Shown here: positions 50,791-63,499 of the stretch, one piece after another
Layout: every line of letters starts with the position of its first letter
Position numbering within the stretch: position 1 is the first letter of the stretch
The notes under the pieces: generated by a model
Told to the model about the DNA's origin: nothing
What the model saw: only the letters and a program-made list of their open reading frames with translations
The model's database searches: none
Source of the DNA: Chiloscyllium plagiosum
Taxonomy: Eukaryota
Assembly (NCBI RefSeq): GCF_004010195.1
Contig: NC_057719.1
Location: 79,097,678 to 79,161,677 of the forward strand
Length of the DNA stretch: 64,000 bases
Reading direction: 5' to 3'
Translations under genes and position numbers: made by a program

Positions 50791-52092
50791 CGCACCAGAA
50801 AATGTCTGAAGCCTGAAGAAAGCCAGTTATCTTCTGCCAATTGCATTAAGAAAGTCAGGGACTTTCTAATTTGTGAACCAGTCACTCTATGCCTCCCGCA
50901 AGGAAATGAAAAATACCCAGAAAAGAGAGACTGAAGAAACAACAAATCCTGGTAAACAAAAGGATCATCTCAATGAAGCCTATGGCTCGGGGCAATTTTA
51001 TTTCCCTCCACCCATACACCAATAATCTCTGTCCGAATGTAAGTGTCTATTTTATAAAGACATTAGAATTTTAACCAGCGTGTCAACAGTTGATATTCAT
51101 TTATCTATCGCTTGAATCTACCCATTTGCAATAGCCATGTTTGTCCAGTCCAGACACCCGGTCAGTGTTTTCTGTTCACCTGGGTCTAAATAGAGAGGGA
51201 AAGTGGGGAATTTTTGGATACTGTGATAAAATCTTAATCTTTTGTGATAACTCTGGGAGTGGCAAGGTTTGATTTCCAGTGTGCTAACCCAGTGTGGTGT
51301 GACATTAAACTCTGCTGCCCATATCCTAACTTGCAATAGAACCTGATCAGCTATCGCCTCATGGGCTCTCACATGCCAGTTTTAAGGTAACAGTGTTTGT
51401 TTCCAAGTCTCCAACAAATCCACTCCTCAATTCTGGTCTCATGAGTATTGAATCACTTCACTATTGGCAGTTTTGCCTTCAGCATGCCCTTTCTAAAGCT
51501 CTGTTCTCAGTACTTGGGGCAATGCATGTACTTTCCATCCCTTTCTATAGCTAGGTTATTCCTCGAATAGGTCAGTAGACTGCAGCTTTGAGAGATACCA
51601 CTCCTCATCAGATTTGAATGGCCCAAGTGCCTCTCTTGATCCTATTGCTTGCTACAGGCACATTGCAAGAATTTACAGATTGATAAACAATGTGTTGAGC
51701 AACATTATGGATTGATCCTGGAGTGGGATTTGAAGTCGGAATTTCTGGTGCACCAGACAGGAACACGGCAATGCATCACAAGACTTCACCTTCGTATGTT
51801 ATTTTTTAAAGAATTTTTTCAAATATACTTCACTGATCAAGCTTTTGGTTACTTATCCTAATTGCTTCCTGGATGAATTGGTGACAAAGATGGTTTTGTA
51901 ACACTCCACTCTGGCGTGACTTAGGATGTTACACTATTTTAAAACTAAATATTATTTTGTTTATTCAGTTCTGGATGGTGGCATCACCGAAAAGGCAGGC
52001 GTGGACCGTTTATGCGGAGTTGTCCTGAGAAAATGATCGTACAATTTCCTGTCAAAAAAACAGATGAACAGTTTGATGCAATTAAGTGGTCA

Positions 52093-54876
52093 GAGATTTA
52101 GGAGATCATTTACAGCTCAGGTTATGGATCAGGTTGTAAGTTTGCTCGCTGAGCTGGTAGACTTGTTCTCAGATGTTTCATCACCATGCTAGGTAACATC
52201 ATCAGTGAGCCTCCGATGAAGTGTTGGTGTTCCATCCCACTTGCCATTTATCTGTCTCGGTCTGTTGTGGTGGGTGATATCATTTCCGGTTCTGTTTCTG
52301 GGAGGTTGGTAAATGGGGTCCAAATCAATATGTTTGTTAATAGAGTTCCAGTTTGAATCCCAGGCCTCTAGGAATTCCCATGACTGTCTTCCTTTAGCCT
52401 GTCCCAGGATGGATGTATTGTCCCGGTCGGACTGGTGTCCCTCTTTATCTGTGTGTATGGATACAAGTGATAGTTGGTCATGGCTTTTGACTCAGTCATC
52501 CAACTGAGTGTCACCCGCCAACGACTGTACCTTTGACATGAATGCCTCAGGAAACAGGTATTACCCCGACGTGTCAAATACAAGCCACCTCTCAACACCC
52601 CACAAGCCAGGAGAACAGCAGAACAGAACAGTCGCAGAATGTTACGAGAAATGATAAATGATGCCCACAACCAACTCCACAAATATGAACGGGAAATTTT
52701 ACGCCTAAAAACTCTGTACACCAATGCAACTGACCAGAAATGGACACGTAAGCTAGAATGAACCATCCATACTTAACAACAGACAAAGAAAAGACTAGCC
52801 CTACAAGAAAAGCTGGCCAAGCTCACACACAGCAATAACATGGGCAATTCAGAGACTTGGATAAAGAACCTGTCGGATAGACTACTCAAAGACACAGAAA
52901 ACGCCGTCCTGGTACTTCAAACATGGGGATGTGGACAAAAAGGCCTTCCTAGACACCACCCTGAAAGACAACAGGCTTACTGAGGAAATCCAGCAGGCCA
53001 TCAGACAGACAGTAGCACCAACACTAAGCAGGAAGAAAGAAGGGAACACCCTCCACCCACAGGAAAGGAAAGCTCTGGAAGGACTCAGAAAAGAGAGAAA
53101 TATCGTAACCCTACCGGATAACAAAGGGTGCATGACCGTCATCCTGAACAGAACACAATACATTGAAAAAGAAAACACACTACTTGCAGATACTGATATC
53201 TACCAACAGGTGGCAATAGTCCTGACTCCACACCTAGAAAACCATATTACTGCAAAACTGAATAAACTCTACAATGCAGGTCAAATTAACAAGACAGACG
53301 TGCAAGGAATGAAACCTGAAGGATCTAACACACCCCGTTTCTGCGGATTCCCAAAGGTACACAAACCGGGGCCTCCCCTTAGACCCATAGCCTCACTTCC
53401 CGGTACATCGACATGCAGACTAGCAAAGGAGCTGCAACGCAAACTGAAACACTTGATAGAAGATTCAACCCACTCCATCCAGGAATTCCTTAACATCATC
53501 AAAGACACCAAGGTACAGGACGACGAGGTCATGGTTTCTTTCGATGTGACGACCCTATTTACATCAATAAATATCACCCGAGCCAAAGAAACACTGGCCT
53601 TACTGCTAGATGAACCAAGGACACAAACACCTGACAACACCAACTCCCCCAGCAAGGACAGCATCCTCAAAATAGTAGACCTGTGCCTCATAATCCACCT
53701 TACCTTCAATGATAAGGTGGGTTACAACTACAATAAATCAATAGGACACCTATGTGACCACCAATATCAGGATTCTTAGCAGAAGCAGTTATGCAAAGGT
53801 TAGAACGAACCTTCCCACGATCCAGCCCAAGCTTTGGATCCGCTATGTGGATGACATCTTTGTCATCATGAAACGCAACAAATTAGAAGAAACCCACAAA
53901 CCCACAAACAACATCCTTATCGGTATAAAGTTCACTAAAGAAGAAGAGAACAATAACAGATTCCCCTTCCTAGATGTCACAGTGGAACAAAAAGCCAATG
54001 GAGAGGTGCAGACCAGCCACTACAGGAAGGCGACACACACTGACCAGATACTCAATTACAGGAGCAATCATCTCAACACCCACAAACAGAGCTGCACCAG
54101 GACATTATTTAAATGAGCCACAACACACTGCAGCACCCAGCAACTATGAGAAGCCAATGAAAAACACCTATACAACATATTCAGGAACAATGGGTACCCA
54201 ATAAGCACAGTCCACCGATTGCGTACACAACGAACCTAAGCAGGAAGACACAACATGTCCAGAGGCTCTAGCCACCCTGCCATACATCAAAGACATCTCG
54301 GAGATGACGGCCAGATTATTCCAGCCACTAGGCATCATGGTGGCCCACAAACCTATCACCACAGTGAAACAGCTCCTGAAGAATTTGAAGGACCCTGTAC
54401 CAACAACCAGCAGGACAAACGTCAAGTAGAAAATACCCTGCAAGGAATGCAACAAACATTACATTGGACGGATGGGCAGGAAACTAGCCACTAGGATACA
54501 TGAGCCCCAATTAGCCACCAAAGCCATGACCAACTATCACTAGTATCCATACACACAGACGAAGAGGGACACCAGTCCGACCGGGACAATACATCCATCC
54601 TGAGACAGGCTAAACAAAGACACGCATGGGAATTCCTAGAGGCCTGGGATTCAAACTGGAACTCCATTAAAAAACACATTGATTTGGACCCATTTACCAA
54701 TCTCTCAGAAACAGAACCGGAAATGATATCACCCACCACAACAGACCGAGACAGATAAATAGCAAGCGGGATGGATCACCAACACTGCATTGGAGGCTCA
54801 CTGATGATGTTACCTCGCATGGTGACAAAACACATGAGAACAAATCTACCAGCTCAGCAAGCAATCTTACAACCTG
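52093..54876 (+). mobile_element. Near-complete Penelope-like element (Poseidon-type), disabled RT plus GIY-YIG, inverted terminal arms
   Basis: PRFCGFPKVHK..PLRPI, SFDVTTLFTSI, RYVDDIF, FLDV, YRKATHT, IPCKEC..HYIG. 52128-52490 is the reverse complement of 54520-54877. 12-bp TSD attaagtggtca at 52081-52092 and 54877-54888. Confidence 0.95.
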
Positions 54877-55544
54877 ATTAAGTGGTCACTTCAGAAGACG
54901 ATCACTTTTGATGCAGGGACTAGAGTCATATGTCAGTCAGACTGGGCAAACACAATAGGTTTGATTCCCTAAAGGATGTAGGAAACAAGATTCTTTTTAA
55001 GTTAATATCTGACGGCTTAAATCACTTTTATTGGCCCTAAGAATTCACGTTGTCCAGGTGGGGTTTGAACTCACAAGGTCTGGATAATGAATCACTGCCC
55101 TACCACATCTGAATCAAAGTGGTATTGTTTGGGAGAAGGGTAGATATATAACATCCCTCATTCACATGACAATTGGCAAATTCACAGGTGTTGCTCAAAA
55201 CTCTCCTATCGTAGGATGAGTCATTTGGAATTTGGATCATGTTTAAACAGGCTCACAGTAACATCATTACTAACAGCCCCACTTGTCATTAGAAGTCACA
55301 TGACTTGACTTCTAAGAAGCTCAGATGACGTCCATATAATGACATGCTTGGTGGTGCCTGGAGAGATTCACTGTTATGTAAAGTGAGAGTGATTCATTTT
55401 CTCCCTACATGTAAACCTCATTCCTTATTTTCAGTGAGGCATACAGTTCCTCATGATCACCAACCCATTCTCCCATCCCAACCTCCCAGTATCACTATAT
55501 TACCAGGCCTGCTGCAATCTGATCCACGTCGCCTAGTTCCATGA

Positions 55545-55820
55545 CCAAGCTTTTGCTCATCATCACCAATCTGTCCTGGTCCATCCACATTGACACTGTA
55601 GTCAAGAAAGAACACCAATGCTTCTACTGCCTCAGAAGACTAAGCATGTCCACCATGACTCAATTTTTATAAATGCACCATTGAAAGCATCCCATCCGGA
55701 TGCATCACAGTGTGATATGGCATCTGCTCTGCCCAGGACCACAAGAAATGAGAGAGTTTTGAAATGAAGCCCAGTCCATTACACAAATGAGCCTTCCTTC
55801 CATTGACTTCACCTACACTT
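55545..55820 (+). mobile_element. Rex1/Babar LINE fragment
   Basis: LSWSIHID..KKEHQCFYCLRRL and FYKCTIESI motifs. Confidence 0.75.
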
Positions 55821-55824
55821 CCTT

Positions 55825-56632
55825 TTGGCCCTTATTTCAAGGTGTAAGCCAAAACCAAAGAACTAATGTCCATCATATCTGTTGACCAGGGTGGTGCTGT
55901 TGTTGACTGGTGTCTAGGTGTTTTCATTGCAGAGGCTGAGTGCCAGCTCATTTGCCCAGCTTCTCCACCTCTGCAACTGTTCTGATGATGCCACCTTCCT
56001 CAGAGGGGCCTCAGAAATGTCCACTTTTTTTTACCTCAACCAAGGATTCCCTACCACAGGGCTCTCAGCTGTGCTCAACCCATCTCCTGCACTTCTGCCA
56101 TCGCCTCCCTCCTTCCATCCCATAACAGCGATGGGGTCCTCCTGGCCTTTACCAGCATCCCCATCTAAAGGATTATTAGTCACTATTTCTATCACCTCCA
56201 GTGAGATGCCATCACCGGACACATGCCCTTCCTCTCAGTTGTTGGCTTTCTGCATTCCCTCCAGCCCTGGACCACTCCTCTACCATTCCCAATACCTCTG
56301 CACAGTCTCAGTACACCTTCCCCTGCAATCGCAGAAGGAGTAATACTGACCTGTTTACCTCCTCTCCTCACTATCCAAGGCCCGAGACACACCATCCAGA
56401 TGAAGCCAGGATTTTTGCTCTCACTTCACTCAATCCAGTCTACTCCATTCGCTGCTCACCATGTAGTCTCCTCTACACCGGGGAAACGTTCCCAGTTACC
56501 ATCAGTTCTGAGGAAGGGTCACCAGACCCGAAAATTTAACTTTGATTTCTATTTGCAGATGCTGCCAGATCTGCTGAGCTTTTCCAGCAACTTCTGGTTT
56601 TGTTTCATTTAGGGGGCTTCTTAGGATAAATT
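55825..56632 (+). mobile_element. Deleted Penelope-like element, sister copy of 16432-17533
   Basis: Shared ends and long near-identical stretches; VYSIRCSPCSLLYTGET. Confidence 0.85.
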
Positions 56633-57554
56633 CAGTTTTCTGGGCCTGCACTTTGAGATTCCCTCGTAAATCCTTTCCTCACTTCCATTTCCCTCTCCTA
56701 CTTTTACACGCTTCCCAATCTTTTGTTGCCCTGTACCAGCATATCCCAAATTTGGATCACCCATTTGTGTGACATTTCTTGGGTTGTGTTCCTACATTAA
56801 AGGTGCTTCAACAATGCAAGTTGCTGTTGTTGTCAACAAACAGTGAGATGACTCTGTTGCTGTGACAGAGAAGAATGTCAAAGAGCTTTTTACTATGCAT
56901 CACAAGTGTGGGTATTCTGCAATATCCTTTAAGGAGGAAAGGTTAAAAACAAACTTCACATTTTTGTTGTTCCATTCCTGGTCACACACTGTTCTAAAGC
57001 GTTATACAGCTAGTGCAATAACTTTGAAGTCTATTCTGAATGAGGGTCTCCCAAATGTTGACAACTGTGTTGCATTTCTTGAGGGAAGCTTTCAGGAGAG
57101 TCTTCGAAATGCTTCCTCTTATTCAACTGTCTTTCTTGAGTTGGGTAAAGATGATTTGCTTTGGCAGTTGGAACTCAAGCATCCTAAGCATGAAGCCAGC
57201 CCAGCAGCATTGATTTTGAATGATTATACCCTCAATGCTGGTGCTATTGGCTGCTTCGAGAATGTCCTCCCAGCTGATGTGAAGAATCCAACTTAAACGG
57301 ACTTGTAGGAAGCTTCTGTGTGAAGGAACTCAATTCACCCCTCGGCAAGAGGAAGTGGGGGAAAAAAAACGGGGAAAGGAATACCAACAATCTCAAGACA
57401 AAGGATGAATTCCACTTCCCAGAAACATCTCCTAAATGCGTGGCCGGAGATATGGCTCTAGGATTGGGTTTGTCAGCCACACAAGGACCCACAAAGCCTA
57501 CGGACAGTGATACGAAATTTCCTTAGAGGGACAATTGGCAAGTGATTACGAGTG

Positions 57555-57860
57555 TTGGCCTAGTGACCCAGTGGTTAGCACTGCTGCTTCACATTGCCAG
57601 GAACCCAGATCTGATTCAGGCCTGGGGCACTTTCTCCCTGTGTCTGTGTGGGTTTCCTCCCACAGTCCAAAGATGTGCAGGATAGGTGAACTGGCCATGC
57701 CAAATTGCCCATATTCTTCAGGGATGTGTAGGCTAGGTGCATTAGTCAGGAGAAATGTAGAGTAATAGGGTAAGGGTGGGTCCGGGTGGGATATTTTCGA
57801 AGGGTCGGTGTGGACTTGTTGGGCCAATAGCCTGTTTCCACACTGTAAGGATCCTATGAT
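57555..57860 (+). mobile_element. HE1-type SINE
   Basis: cagtggttagcactgctgc head and gcctgtttccacactgta tail. Confidence 0.85.
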
Positions 57861-60800
57861 ATTGTAGGGCAGTGGGGAGAACTTCCTGCTCTCCTTTGAA
57901 ATCGTTCCCTGGGATTTTTACATCCAAAGAGAGCAGCTCGGTTTACATATCTCACCTCACAAAAACAGCATCGCCAAAAGAGGGTAGAACATCTTCAGCA
58001 CTGCACAGACAGTTTCAGTTCAAATCTAAGGAGTGGTATGTGGCCTTCAGTCATCTTGGTTGATGTCAAGTGCATGTGATGCCACAGCGAGTGAACCCAT
58101 ACCTCATCCTAACCACCAGCATCGCTGAGGTTGTGCCTGTTTGGAACAAGTAACAAACAGTGGCGTTACCAGCCGAACCCCCGAAGCTCACGCTTGTAAA
58201 ACCTGGTCTGGGAGCACCTCATGGAAACAGCGCCATCATAGTTTGACATTGTCGGCAGCCAATAAAAACAGTCTGCTACTAGGGAGAATTTGCTACCACA
58301 GTCACGGCAAATTAAATGGAACTTGCAGTCACCGTAAGTCAGCAGCAGGGGAAAGATGACTTGAGAACTGCAAATTGCTGCAAGCTGGGCCGTTTAACCG
58401 GTACCTGCCAGAAAAACACAATTTAGTCTTCACTTCCCCATGAGTTTCACAAAATTATTGCATTTACACATTAATTGCCAATTAACGTTGGAATGGGAAA
58501 ATCAATGCCTTTTTAATGATGTGATAATTATTAACAGAGTGCCAATCAAACTACGCAACCCAGACTAAGGGCTATTTAAATGTTTGGATTGCTTCAATGG
58601 GTTTCGCTCAGGTGTCAGGTTAATTGTGGCTAACTGTCATTAGAAACTTTTGACAAGGTGTTTCATTTTTAAATGATTTTCTCACTGTTCTTTTTACTTC
58701 TGTAATGCTGACTGTGTTGTGTGAGTTATTGCTCATAAGATGCTTGCTACCACTATCTCTTTCAGTGAGGTAATGCAAGGGCCTGTTTGGTCTAGGCTGG
58801 GAGAGGAAAGCTACTTCCTGGTCAAACCAGAAGAGTCTTTGAAGCTCCCAAGATTTAGACCATTGCACGTTACCAACTGGTTACATTGATGTGATAAACA
58901 TTCTCACAAGAGAGTTTGAGGGGGATGAGAGGTTATGCCCCTGGAGTTGCTCTGCCCACAGTTCCATGTAACATTATCATCACAGAGGGTGGAGCAATTA
59001 GCAGTCCTCAGTATTAACTCTTTCAGGCCATGTCAGTGTCAGCCCTATAGGTGCAGGATTAGGCCATTCAGCCCCACTTTCTGTTTCTGTTTTTTACTCT
59101 CTCTTCATCCAATATCTTGGGGCTTTCTTTCTGTACCTGATTTAACTCAACTTCCTATTTTAAAAAAAGAAGCTGTTTTCTAATCAACCTGTTTAGGAAC
59201 TTTATCATGCACCTCCAGAGTACGTGGTTCCTGGTTCAAAGGTGAGGATACTACCAGTGTGCCATAAGAGGCCTACACTTGACTTAAGTTCCTACACAGT
59301 TGTTTCTCAATCTTTATTTCTCAATTCATTTCTCAATCCTTAAATCTAATTGGTTAAGGAGCTAGACTGTTGATGCTATTATTCATTGAAGTCCCAAATA
59401 TCAATAAGTTACACCAAGCTGAAAACTTCAGCAGGACCCAAGTCAAAGTTAGAATGTGTGTGGTCAAACAATCAGTGGGCACCTGCACAGTGACATTTAA
59501 TTACAATCTTCTATTCAACATAAATACAGCATGATGACACAGGCTGGTGAAACAATAGTTTGGGTTCTTTATTTTAGGATAAGACAATATGCATAGTGTG
59601 TTCACTAGGAGGTTAAGCGTACAGATCTGACCTTGGCTACGGATACTGTAAACTGAGTTCAAATGTTGGGATTACGTAACGTGTCTGTCTGGATAGAGAT
59701 TGCCAGCAGTATGTCCCTATAAGGGTACGAGCACCTCATACTAGAGTGGGGTATCTACTGAGGCATTGCTATGTGAGAATGTCAAGGCCAGTTGACTATG
59801 TTGTAGGGGCCACTGGCAGGTTCTTCTGTAAGTGTAAGTAGGGAAGACCCCACCCACGGCTCCGTACTTTCTCGAGCACCAGTCCAAATGGGCCGCTGTA
59901 GGATTTCTTGGACTCTTCAAGCTGTACTGCAAGGTGTAAATAGCTGTCCTGCTAATAGCTAGAGGGAATCATCAGTGATGTCAGAGATCAGAGGGAGGAA
60001 GGTTCTAATGGAGTCTTGCTAAAGACTGTCACTGTAAATTGTCAACAAGTGTTCACTAGTTTTCACTGACATGACTTCCAGATGTCTCTTATCAAAGGCT
60101 CCCAGAGCCTGGCTGTGAAAACAGGCCCTCTATTTCAACTCCATAAGTAACTTTGTATGAAGTTGCCAGTGTGGGAAATCACTGGGTTTGAGGTCACATT
60201 CTTATTCTCTTCCATCACTCTAAAATGTTCTCTCCCATGTTGTGCAGGGATGTCCTGATATCAAAAGTATTGTTAATGCCACTAAAATCAGTGAGAACTA
60301 ACTGAACTGTAATCTGCATGCTAATAGTGAGCCTTCATGCTTCAATGATACATAGTCTTTGATGACCACAAATGGCCCTTAAGCTCTTTCTTCATCAAAG
60401 AGGTGTTCTTTGAAGTGTAATCACCATTGTAGCATGGAGATCACAGCAAGCTATATCCGCATAGCAGGTTCACATTCTTGTCTCCACATCAGGAGGCTGT
60501 AGGTTTTGAGGGTTGGTGCAGTCTCTATCCATAATCCAGCAGTTTCTAAGTTTGAGACCAAACATTGTGACTAGCCTTTTCCAGAAAGCAGCTTATTTTC
60601 AGCCCACTTCCGAATCTGATTTCCCATTCTCTCACTGCGAACAATTGACTTGAAAGTGAATTCAGACTTTGCTTTCTGTGATTGGCCCATTCCTGAGCGT
60701 GAGGTCACATCCTCACTCCACAGTCAGTCCTTTTTTTGGGGGATTCACACTCAACCCGTCACTCGCCTGTTTCTGAAATGTACGCAGAAAATGTTGGGAT

Positions 60801-61044
60801 CACTCAGCAATGAGTTTACATTTCAGATTGGTGATCTACCCTACTATCTATGGGTCACAAGTTCATAATACTACCAGGCAGTTGGCAGAACTCATATTTA
60901 CTTAGAAAACAATTTTAAATTAAAAGTGAGCCTTAGTACTCAGGATCATGAACTGTTATAAATTGTTGCAAAAACCCATTCTGTTTATTACTGTCCAGTC
61001 TACATGTAACTGGAGATCCATAGCAATACATTTCATTGAATTCC

Positions 61045-61342
61045 TGCAATGTGGGAGCAGGGCATTTGACCAATTAATTCCACAGTGACCTTCTGAAGAG
61101 CATCCCACCCACACTGTCCCTGCAAATCCCATGGCTGACCAACTCAGCCCTGGGCACTATGGACAGCTTAGCATAGCTAATCCACCTAACTTGCACATCT
61201 TTGGACTATGGGAAGAAACTAGACTAGCCAGACATGGGGAGAATGTGCAAACTTCACACTGACAGGTGTCCAAAGGTGGAATCGAACCCAGGTCCCTAGT
61301 ACTGAGAGCTAGCAGTGCTAACCGTTGACCCACAGTGCCACA
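61045..61342 (-). mobile_element. HE1-type SINE nested in another SINE (~60860-61470)
   Basis: Reverse HE1; flanks carry aaaacccat.. and aagggcatttagggatgggg..gaataa of the second family. Confidence 0.75.
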
Positions 61343-62498
61343 CTCTTAAGAGTTGACTCTTAATCACCCTCTGAAATGGCCAACCAGCAAATCAGTTCAA
61401 GGGCATTTAGGGATGGGGACAAATGCGGGTCTTGTCAGCGACACCCACACCCCATGAAAGAATAAGAGATAAGAATAAGAGTTTGCATGCAGTATTTAGC
61501 AGCATTCTTGAACTGCTGCAGTCCATGTAGTGTATGTATAGTCATAGCGATGTGAGGATGGAGTTGCAGGATTTTGACCCAGTAATATTGAAGGAATGGT
61601 GATATTGTTCCAAGTCAAGATCACATGTGACTTGAAGGGGAACTTGCAAGTGCTGGCATTACAGCAATAACCCAAGAGAAATTATTTGTAGAGACACTAT
61701 TAAGCCAAATTATGGGTTTCTATCCTGTAAATTCCTCATGTGATAAAAGCCCTTTCTGGTGATTCTCATGTCCCACAGTTACAATGGATGATCAGGAGAA
61801 TCTTCTACCACAAGCATATTTTAGACTACAGTGTAATTGGTCACTCTTACGAGATGTTTAAACACAATCGGGAGTGGAGGTTCGTAATACCTGCCTTTTT
61901 GCAATCTCTAAGCAATAAATATGAATTCTATACACTCCCACAATTTGCAAGAGTAATCAAACGAAGCATGGTGAGTCAACACCCTGTGGTTTTTGGATTT
62001 ATTTTGATGGATTCTAAGATTTCCAAGTCTCTGATGTCAACGTAGCATGTCATCAGACATGTCCCTACTTCAGGCTATAATGAAAGTTTAGACTGCTATT
62101 ATCATGTTGTTATGCTGAAAAGATAATTTTGAGAAGTGTAATAGGATTTAATTCTGTGCTACTGAACCTGAAAGGTGGTTTCCTTCTCTTCAAAATCAAA
62201 CTGGCTCTAATATGTTTCCATTGATTACATTATCATTTTTACAGATTTTCTCCACCAAGAGATGGTGCCAGCTGCTGTGAATCTGCCAATAGGAACTCCT
62301 GTTACAGATCATCAAGCTGTACAGAAGGTTTGTTGGTGTTTTTTTTAAGAAAGTTGGGGCCACAAAATTGCCTGAAGGTGGGAAGGAGCATCAGTGAAAC
62401 CTCCCTGAAAAACTAGCCCCAACTAAAAAAAAAACCTTTTGAACTCTCAGCCTCTGAGTTCCCTGCACTTTCTTTTGAAAGTGTCCCCTTTTGCCTTT

Positions 62499-63010
62499 GG
62501 GTGGTATGGTAGCTCACTGCTGCCTCACAGCACCAGGGACCAGGGTTCAATTCCACCCTCGGGTGACTGTCTGTGTGGAATTTGTTCATTCTCCCTGTGT
62601 CTGCGTGGGTTTCCTCCGGGTGCTCCGGATTCCTCCTACAGTCCAAAGATGTGCGAGTTCGGTGGATTGGCCATGCTAAATTGCCCGTAGTGTCTGGGGA
62701 TGTGCAGGCTAGGTGGGTTAGCCATAGGAAATGCAGAGTTACCTGGATAGAGTGGTTCTGGGTGGGATTCTCTTCAAAGGAATGGTGCAATTTTGATGGG
62801 CTGAATGGCCACTTTCTGTACTATAGGGTTTCTATGAAGTTCAGGGATGTGTAGGCTAGGTGCATTAGTCAGTGGTAAATATAGGGTAGGGGAATGGGTC
62901 TGGGTGGGTTACTCTTCAAAGGATCGGTGTGGACTTGTTGGGCCGAATCCCCACACTGTAAGAATTCTAATTCTAATTTCTAATTTTAATTCTAATTCCA
63001 ATTCTAACTT
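62499..63010 (+). mobile_element. HE1-type SINE with a second 3' segment and (AATTCT)n tail
   Basis: Head at ~62500; two gggatgtgcaggctagg-type segments; hexamer tail at 62962-63008. Confidence 0.85.
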
Positions 63011-63499
63011 GGAATGAACTCCAAGGAGACAATGAGCCTGGTCCCCTCTAGCACCCAGCACTGGGTGACTGCTTGAAAAGGGAGCATGGTTTGCCTTCCT
63101 CTGATAGTTCTGCATTATGAAAGGGCAGTCGGAATGGAAGTGTGATTCCACATTCTTCTGTCGGAGCTCCCTTCTTTCCAGATAAATACCGTCAGTGGTA
63201 ATCTGCATGGGATCGCCATATCCTGGGAAGTGGGGCGCTTTCATTTCCCATTATGCGACAGACAATAGTGAGTTGAGAGCTGGGATTTCCCCTTGCCTCC
63301 CACTGATTTCAATTATGCTTGGAATCCTTGATGCTGCAATTATTCAAACACTGCCATTGATGTCCAGGCAGTCACTCTGACTTTACCTCTTTCATCCAAG
63401 TTTGGATCAAGGCTGTAATAAAGTCAGGAGCTGAAAGATATCAGTGAGAAGGGGTTTTACAGGGTGAATTCTATCATATTTCCTGTTTCCACACTGTTG

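Noticed and set aside
52931..54116. Active Penelope RT
   Set aside because: Frameshift between the two ORFs and several stop codons.
56862..57296. 144-aa ORF
   Set aside because: GTG start, no recognisable domain or splice support.
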